Translations under genes and position numbers: made by a program | NCBI GenBank assembly: GCA_027031765.1 | Contig: JALVPN010000028.1 | Span: forward strand, 1-14,501 | Source of the DNA: Promethearchaeota archaeon | GTDB lineage: Archaea > Asgardarchaeota > Thorarchaeia > Thorarchaeales > Thorarchaeaceae | Direction: 5' to 3' | DNA length: 14,501 nucleotides | Notes under the pieces: generated by a model | What the model saw: only the letters and a program-made list of their open reading frames with translations | The model's database searches: none | Told to the model about the DNA's origin: nothing | In this document: positions 7,541-14,501 of the stretch, one piece after another | Numbering within the stretch: position 1 is the stretch's first letter | How the letters are laid out: every line of letters begins with the position of its first letter

Positions 7541-8548
7541 TCATATCCGTTTGCGGCCTTGGCGCAGCACATCAATGAGCCCACTTATGGGATCGTTCCT
7601 GATGCTATAGTACTCTCTCACATCGGGGTCGGTGCACCTCCAAGTGCCCTTCCAGCTCTCATGGAAGTACCCCCTGAGCATGTGTGTGCCGTGCTGACGT
7701 GTGGCCGCTCTCCAGACCGCGCGCCAGAAGACGCCCCAGAACGGCCTCCCAACGTAGTAGTTCAGCCGACCGACTCGATATGCACCCCCCCGGCTGAACC
7801 CGGACGTGCGCCTTATCAGCCGCATCGGGACGGGCCACGTCCTGACCTTGTACCCAGCAGCGAGTGCCTTGATGTTGAGGAGGGTGTCGGGTGCCGGGTC
7901 CCAGTACCTGTCAATCTGTCTGACGATTGACCAGCGGACGACCTTTCCGCCTCCCATTGGCAGGTCGGTGTGACGCTTCCCCTCCTCGCCCAATGGCGTC
8001 CCTGCCGCTGCGCCTACATCAGTGTGCTCCTCCATGAGGCTGAGCATGCGCGCGAAGTAGTTTGGACACGGCTCGGTGTCGACATCCATGACTGCGAAGT
8101 ACTTGATACCGAGGCTGTCAATCTCGTCGCGGAGCCGGGGCACTACCTTTTGGTAGGCGCGGCCTATGGTGTCGAGGTCCCCCTCCTCCTTGGCTGGCAT
8201 CGATTCCAGCCAGACCTCAGTCCCGGGTATCGAGTCCATATGTTGTCGGACGACGTCGCCGGAGCCGTCAGTAGAGCCGTCATCAATGAACAGCCATACC
8301 TTTGGCTTCTTTGTCTGCCGGCCAACCCTCCTGATCGTGGGCACGATGTTCTCCCGTTCGTTCCAGAAGTTCGTCACGAGGATGTAGTCTGGCTCCACTG
8401 TGATGTCCAGGCACCTGCCGGCCTTCTTGCAGATGTCACAGTGTATGTGGAATGGATAGGGCTCTTCGGGCTGTGCCTCTCCACCCGTTCCTGACCCATT
8501 GACGCCCCTGTCCGCGTCCGTCTCATTCACCGGCTTACTGGATGACAT
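7541..8548 (-). CDS. Glycosyltransferase family 2 (GT-A fold) with a short acidic and His/Cys N-terminal extension
   Basis: YILVTNFWNE, WLFIDDGSTDGS, VMDVD (DxD), GGGKVVR, WDPAPDT. ATG 8548 (MSSSKPV) is preferred over 8671 because a TATA-like element lies at 8591-8598. Confidence 0.9.
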   Translation of the reverse strand: MSSSKPVNETDADRGVNGSGTGGEAQPEEPYPFHIHCDICKKAGRCLDITVEPDYILVTNFWNERENIVPTIRRVGRQTKKPKVWLFIDDGSTDGSGDVVRQHMDSIPGTEVWLESMPAKEEGDLDTIGRAYQKVVPRLRDEIDSLGIKYFAVMDVDTEPCPNYFARMLSLMEEHTDVGAAAGTPLGEEGKRHTDLPMGGGKVVRWSIVRQIDRYWDPAPDTLLNIKALAAGYKVRTWPVPMRLIRRTSGFSRGGAYRVGRLNYYVGRPFWGVFWRAVWRAATRQHGTHMLRGYFHESWKGTWRCTDPDVREYYSIRNDPISGLIDVLRQGRKRI

Positions 8549-8590
8549 ATCGTGCAGCCACCATGAATGCCGGAGCCGCACTGGCACTCC

Positions 8591-8598
8591 AATATAAG
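8591..8598 (-). promoter_or_regulatory. Candidate TATA box for the GT2 gene
   Basis: The minus strand reads gcaagatgaCTTATATTgg: a purine-rich stretch followed by TTATAT, about 44 nt upstream of ATG 8548. Confidence 0.45.
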
Positions 8599-9252
8599 TC
8601 ATCTTGCTCCAGTGCAGACTCGCCAGCGAACGGACGTCCTGTGCCCGTGTCGTAGTCCCAAGTGTGCCCATGGGCCGGTCGTCGTTCGGTCGGGGCTACT
8701 GACATACCAGGTCTGCAGTGTGCGGCACGCCATGCTGCAGATGTCACATAGTGAAAGCGGCCCCTGTCTGAGCGGTCAGGACCGTGGGGGGTGGGCATGG
8801 ATGATGGTGTGTCCATGGTGGCGGCTCGCCAATGTGCCTACCAACAGGAGCACGGCTGGGAGGTCGTGGAGAGCAGGGCCGTACGTTCCTATCGATATTC
8901 GGTTGAGTGTGCTGTGGTGCTGTTGTCACTGTCATGCACCTGCTAGATGTGCAGGCTCTCTGGCCTGCGCGCTGTTGGAGTGGTGCGCCCCGAACAACAT
9001 GTTGTGGTCACCGATTGTCGTCGTGTCTGACACAGAAAAGAGGGCAACTGCCATTCAAGCGTACGAGACGGCGTACCGTGGTCGAGTCTACCCGCTCTTG
9101 ACCCCTCTGTCGGGCTGGTACCAACACCATGTCCCACAGTTGCTGTACACACAATCGACAGATACATATTGGGTTCACAGGCGTCCCAACAACCTACATG
9201 GACCCCTGTCCTTGTAGGGCCGCGAACAGAAACATGTCCTGGGAGTATGACC

Positions 9253-10254
9253 ATGCGAATAATTCACCTGTCCCATGGCGGGCTGCCTGACATGCGCATC
9301 GAGAAGTCGGCGTACACAATGGCCCGTCGTGGTCATGAGTTGCTCTTCATTGGTGGTCGGAAAGCAGAGTTCCAGAATATCGGTGCTTTCAGCGAGACCC
9401 ATCATCTTCCCATTCGGAACAACCTCTACGTCGTGTTCAGCCGTGCGTTGCGTCGGCGGTGGGCGGACGCTGTCCGTCGCCTAGACCCCGACATCGTCCA
9501 CGCACACAATGTCATTGTTGCAATGTTCATCCACGACCTTGGAGTCCCAACTGTCTATGACGACCACGAGTATTGGAGCCAGAGGTCTTTCCTCTATAGG
9601 ACAAAGAAGTTGCCACGTGGCTTCGCTTCATGGCCGCTCATGTTAAAGATCCCCCACTACGAGGACATGGTGCTCAGGAAGTTCCCGACCCTGACCATCA
9701 ATGAGTCTATTGCCAATGATCACCGGCAACGGTGTCCTTGGGTGGGCGTGACGCCCAACGTACCGAGGCTGGTTGATGTTGAAGGCCTCCCAATGCCGGA
9801 CGACCGGAACGGCATCGTCTACATTGGTGGCGACTTCAAGCTCTCGCGTTTTGTACCACACCGGGACATGACGGGCCTCAGGCAGTACCTCAAGTTCGAT
9901 GTGGTCACCGGTCTGCCATACAGGGGGATGATGGAGAGGCTCACCCACTACCGTGTGGGCCTGACCCCGTTCCGCCAGCACCCTTTCCACAGGTACTGCT
10001 CATCCAACAAGACCTACGAGTACCTCCATGCGGGCCTACAGGCTGTGGTCACCGACTCGCTATTCCGTCCTTTCACGGGCTGTCCGTACGTGTACCCATT
10101 TCACTCATACGCCGAGCTGCAGACTATGATTGACAACCTTCCTGACGAGAGCCCGGAGGACATCATGCACTACGCAAGGGAACACTATACTTGGGAGCGG
10201 TTCGAACCCGTCATAGTAAAGGCCTATGACATGGCCAAGAAGCTGTGTGCTTGA
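9253..10254 (+). CDS. Glycosyltransferase family 4 (GT-B fold)
   Basis: MRIIHLSH...RIEKSAYTMARRGHE N-terminus, PDIVHAHN, VYDDHEYW, and SSNKTYEYLHAGLQAVVT (the PNKxxEYxAxGxPV signature of a GT4 subgroup). GGGAG lies 7 nt before ATG 9253; ATG 9247 is an alternative. Confidence 0.88.
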   Translation: MRIIHLSHGGLPDMRIEKSAYTMARRGHELLFIGGRKAEFQNIGAFSETHHLPIRNNLYVVFSRALRRRWADAVRRLDPDIVHAHNVIVAMFIHDLGVPTVYDDHEYWSQRSFLYRTKKLPRGFASWPLMLKIPHYEDMVLRKFPTLTINESIANDHRQRCPWVGVTPNVPRLVDVEGLPMPDDRNGIVYIGGDFKLSRFVPHRDMTGLRQYLKFDVVTGLPYRGMMERLTHYRVGLTPFRQHPFHRYCSSNKTYEYLHAGLQAVVTDSLFRPFTGCPYVYPFHSYAELQTMIDNLPDESPEDIMHYAREHYTWERFEPVIVKAYDMAKKLCA

Positions 10255-10432
10255 AGTATGCCTGATGCCGCAACTGGTCGCACAAGCCCCAGTGCTAGTC
10301 ACGGGCACCGATGTGGTGCAGGGTGGCTCCCACATGCCGCTGGTGGTCGCTGCCGCTGGTCGGACTGTGACCTCTATAGATGTCACAGGTCTCCGTCAAT
10401 GGCGGGCAGTCCTCTATGGACATGACGACAGC

Positions 10433-10440
10433 TTTTTATT
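10433..10440 (+). promoter_or_regulatory. Candidate TATA box of the thermosome gene
   Basis: TTTTTATT is the only strongly AT-rich box in 10255-10515, about 105 nt upstream of ATG 10544. Confidence 0.5.
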
Positions 10441-10543
10441 GGGAAGTGCGAAGTCCATGTACAGTTCTGTGAACGACAACGGGGCCAGCCCACCGTGAGA
10501 AGACGGGTGGGCGGCCGAAAAAAGAAGAAAGGGGAAACTGAAA

Positions 10544-12208
<1,665 letters not shown>

Positions 12209-12245
12209 CCCGTGTGGCAGAAGGCCCAGAGCGTACATGTGACAA

Positions 12246-12278
12246 GGAGCCCCTGTGGCTCCGCCCCCACTCTTTTTT
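12246..12278 (+). terminator. Thermosome terminator (short hairpin, then pyrimidine/oligo-T tract)
   Basis: GGAGCC-cctgt-GGCTCC hairpin (12246-12262), then GCCCCCACTC and TTTTTT (12273-12278), about 40-70 nt after the stop. Confidence 0.65.
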
Positions 12279-12343
12279 CCATGGTTGTGTTGACAAGGTC
12301 GTGATGAGCACCCCGGCCCTCGGAACATGGTGGTGGACGTCCA

Positions 12344-13225
12344 GTGACCGTGCGTGTGTTGGTCGTGGGCATGAACGCCTTCGACTCCGGGAAGACACAC
12401 CTTGCCCTGCAGGTCATGCGCGCCACGACATCGCACGGTATCCGTGCCGAGTACTTCAAGCCCGTGAGCGGTCACAACCTCTGGTACAGGCACGACCACA
12501 CCCTCCGGTGCGTGGAGGAAGGACTACCGTTCTCCTACGATGCGTCGGTGGTGCGTGGCGAGTTCTCCTCTGAGGTACCGGTCGCAGTTGCGAACCCTGT
12601 GCACCGTATCACTGCTCCCCACCTGCTCGACACCCCGTCAAGAGTCCCGCCCACCACCCTCTCAATAGCTGGCTGGGAGTCAACCTTTGTCCTTGAGAGG
12701 ATCACCGAGGCACGTGATGGTGGGTACCACTCGTGGGTCCTCCTCGCAGACGGCCTGCTTGAGAGTGGCGGGGTGCTCGCTGACCATGACGTAGTGACCG
12801 GTCTTGTGCGCGGGGCCGAAGTGGTGCCAGTGGCCTCCATGGAGGAGGTCATGGAGTTCGAGGCAGGACACCTCGACACCGCTGTGGAACGGTCGTTTCA
12901 TGTCGTGGAACGAGCTGCTGATGTGGTCGTCATCGAGTCGTTCGGTGACTCAGCATGGCCCTGGGAACACCTTGACAGGGCCGACCATGTGCTTGCAGTC
13001 GGGCCGGGACACCTCTTTGTCCTCGACCCGGAACGGTTCCGGAGGGCAGTGGATGTCCTCCACCATGGGCCCGGGCCAGTGAGGGCCCTCACCTGCAGCA
13101 AGGCCTGTGAGTATGTGAGGCCCATCGAACGGGTCCTGCTGCGACCGGGCCAGCCCCTGCCGGGGCCTGTCATTGACATGCTCCTCGGTGGGGACACTCA
13201 GGAAAGAGTGATTAGGCCTGTTTGA
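12344..13225 (+). CDS. Uncharacterised archaeal P-loop NTPase, BioD/CobQ-like (SIMIBI) family
   Basis: N-terminal RVLVVGMNAFDSGKT, YFKPVSG (compare BioD GYKPVASG) and VVVIESFG (compare BioD LVEGAGG). It resembles the archaeal predicted P-loop ATPase/GTPase family (recalled as COG4028, unverified). GTG start at 12344 or 12350 after GGTGGTGG. Confidence 0.82.
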   Translation: MTVRVLVVGMNAFDSGKTHLALQVMRATTSHGIRAEYFKPVSGHNLWYRHDHTLRCVEEGLPFSYDASVVRGEFSSEVPVAVANPVHRITAPHLLDTPSRVPPTTLSIAGWESTFVLERITEARDGGYHSWVLLADGLLESGGVLADHDVVTGLVRGAEVVPVASMEEVMEFEAGHLDTAVERSFHVVERAADVVVIESFGDSAWPWEHLDRADHVLAVGPGHLFVLDPERFRRAVDVLHHGPGPVRALTCSKACEYVRPIERVLLRPGQPLPGPVIDMLLGGDTQERVIRPV

Positions 13226-13263
13226 TGGACAGACGATACGAATCTTTGACGTTGGTGTTGTGG

Positions 13264-14196
13264 ATGAGTGAGAACGATATATGGGACCTGGCAATAGTCG
13301 GCGGGGGGCCCGCCGGGATGGCCGCCGCAATCTACGGTGCACGGTACGGCCTGAAGACCATCCTCTTCGAGGCAGGCGTGCTCGGCGGTGCCCAGGCGAC
13401 AAGTCCAGGCATTGAGAACTATCCTGGCTTCACGTTCATTGTTGGTATGGACCTGGCGAACAAGATGAAGGAGCAGGTCAAGCGTGCCGGCGCCACGATA
13501 AAAGAGATTACTGAGGTCAAGGGCATCAAGAAGGACGACTCCTCCGACCTCTTCCTCCTTGAAACACGTCGTGGTGAGTTCAGGGCACATGCAGTCATCA
13601 TCGCTACTGGCGGTGGACACCGGAAACTCGGGGTGGACGGCGAGAAGGAACTCACCGGTCGTGGGGTGTCGTACTGTGCCACCTGTGACGGCCCGCTGTT
13701 CAGGGGCAAGCGCGTGGCGGTCGTGGGTGGTGGGAACACCGCGGTCACTGAGGCCCTGTACCTCGTAGAGCTGGCCGAGAAGGTCTACCTGATCCACCGA
13801 CGCGATGAGCTCCGTGCCGAACACGCCCTGCAGAAGCTGCTCTTCGACTCGGAGGTCGAAGTACTCTGGGACACAATTGTAACTGCAATAGAGGGCGACT
13901 CAATGGTCAAGTCCCTGAGGCTCAAGAATGTCAAGACTGGCGAGGAGTCGGAGCTTGAGGTGGACGGCGTGTTCATTGCACTGGGCTCAGACCCTGTCAG
14001 TGGTCTTGCAAAAGAGCTCGGTGTCGAGACCAATGAGCGCGGCGAGATAATCGTGGACCGTCTGCAGAGGACAAACGTGGAGGGCGTGTATGCAGCCGGC
14101 GATGTCGTTGAGGGGCTGAAACAGATTGCGGTGGCCGTTGGCCACGGGGCCGTAGCAGCCGACACCGCATACAAGTATATCCGTGGCCGGAGCTAA
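13264..14196 (+). CDS. trxB: Thioredoxin-disulfide reductase (low-Mr, NADPH type)
   Basis: IVGGGPAG FAD motif, IENYPGF, IIATGG, GRGVSYCATCDG (CxxC), VVGGGNTA and HRRDELRA NADPH motifs, TNVEGVYAAGD. ATG 13264 follows GGTG; the ORF-track start at 13222 adds a non-homologous leader. Confidence 0.97.
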   Translation: MSENDIWDLAIVGGGPAGMAAAIYGARYGLKTILFEAGVLGGAQATSPGIENYPGFTFIVGMDLANKMKEQVKRAGATIKEITEVKGIKKDDSSDLFLLETRRGEFRAHAVIIATGGGHRKLGVDGEKELTGRGVSYCATCDGPLFRGKRVAVVGGGNTAVTEALYLVELAEKVYLIHRRDELRAEHALQKLLFDSEVEVLWDTIVTAIEGDSMVKSLRLKNVKTGEESELEVDGVFIALGSDPVSGLAKELGVETNERGEIIVDRLQRTNVEGVYAAGDVVEGLKQIAVAVGHGAVAADTAYKYIRGRS

Positions 14197-14501
14197 CGGC
14201 GCCCCCCTAGCCACGGCCCCTCTCGCCGGATAAACGTCCCCCAGTCGTGTTACAGCACACTACGCCGGGCCCAAGTGCAGCCATCGGTCGGTGACTGGAC
14301 ACGGTGTCTATGTCGCGACCGCTGGCACACTCTGTCACTGTCCCCACCAGCAGACACGCACTGGCGCACGAATGGTCGGGTTCACCACGGCCGCAGACGC
14401 ATGCGCCACGAGTCCCGGCACAGGACTGCACTTACAGACTGGCCATGGTCTGGCCCGGCGGTGCTCCGTTCAGCCTGCGCTGACCCCGGCACGTCCAACA
14501 C

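Noticed and set aside
8567-9217. 216-aa + strand ORF in the GT2-GT4 gap
   Set aside because: Cys/Trp/His-rich composition unlike the real genes, no RBS or motif, and it overlaps the GT2 promoter candidate.
13222-13263. Overlap or translational coupling of trxB at TTG 13222
   Set aside because: The extra 14 residues are not TrxB-like, and ATG 13264 has a GGTG ribosome-binding site and gives the usual N-terminus.
14197-14501. Gene or RNA at the right edge
   Set aside because: Only short open frames with no motifs, and only 5-bp stems. It cannot be supported without downstream sequence.

Overview
GC-rich archaeal chromosomal window. The group II chaperonin, BRE/TATA-type promoter candidates and a poly-T terminator support an archaeon; a TACK/Asgard (for example Thorarchaeota-like) origin is an unverified impression. 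In order: (1) the 3' part of an uncharacterised alpha-helical ~44-aa-repeat protein; (2) a 400-bp intergenic region rich in inverted repeats, including a 71-nt hairpin with a TATA-like sequence in its loop; (3) an 831-aa N6-adenine DNA methyltransferase (NPPY) with no nuclease domain and no partner gene in the window; (4) a loose amino-sugar/glycosylation cluster: PIG-L/LmbE deacetylase, WecC-family UDP-HexNAc 6-dehydrogenase, an unknown ~8-TM membrane protein, and a GT2 and a GT4 glycosyltransferase transcribed divergently; (5) a thermosome subunit with a (GGM)5 tail, a BioD-like P-loop NTPase of unknown function, and thioredoxin reductase. No rRNA, tRNA, CRISPR array or transposase was seen. 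The best leads are the orphan methyltransferase and its structured upstream region, intergenic enrichment of TGTCAC/GTGACA, the His/Cys motif ahead of the GT2 domain, and the P-loop NTPase-trxB pair. All family calls come from motif recognition by eye; no searches were run.
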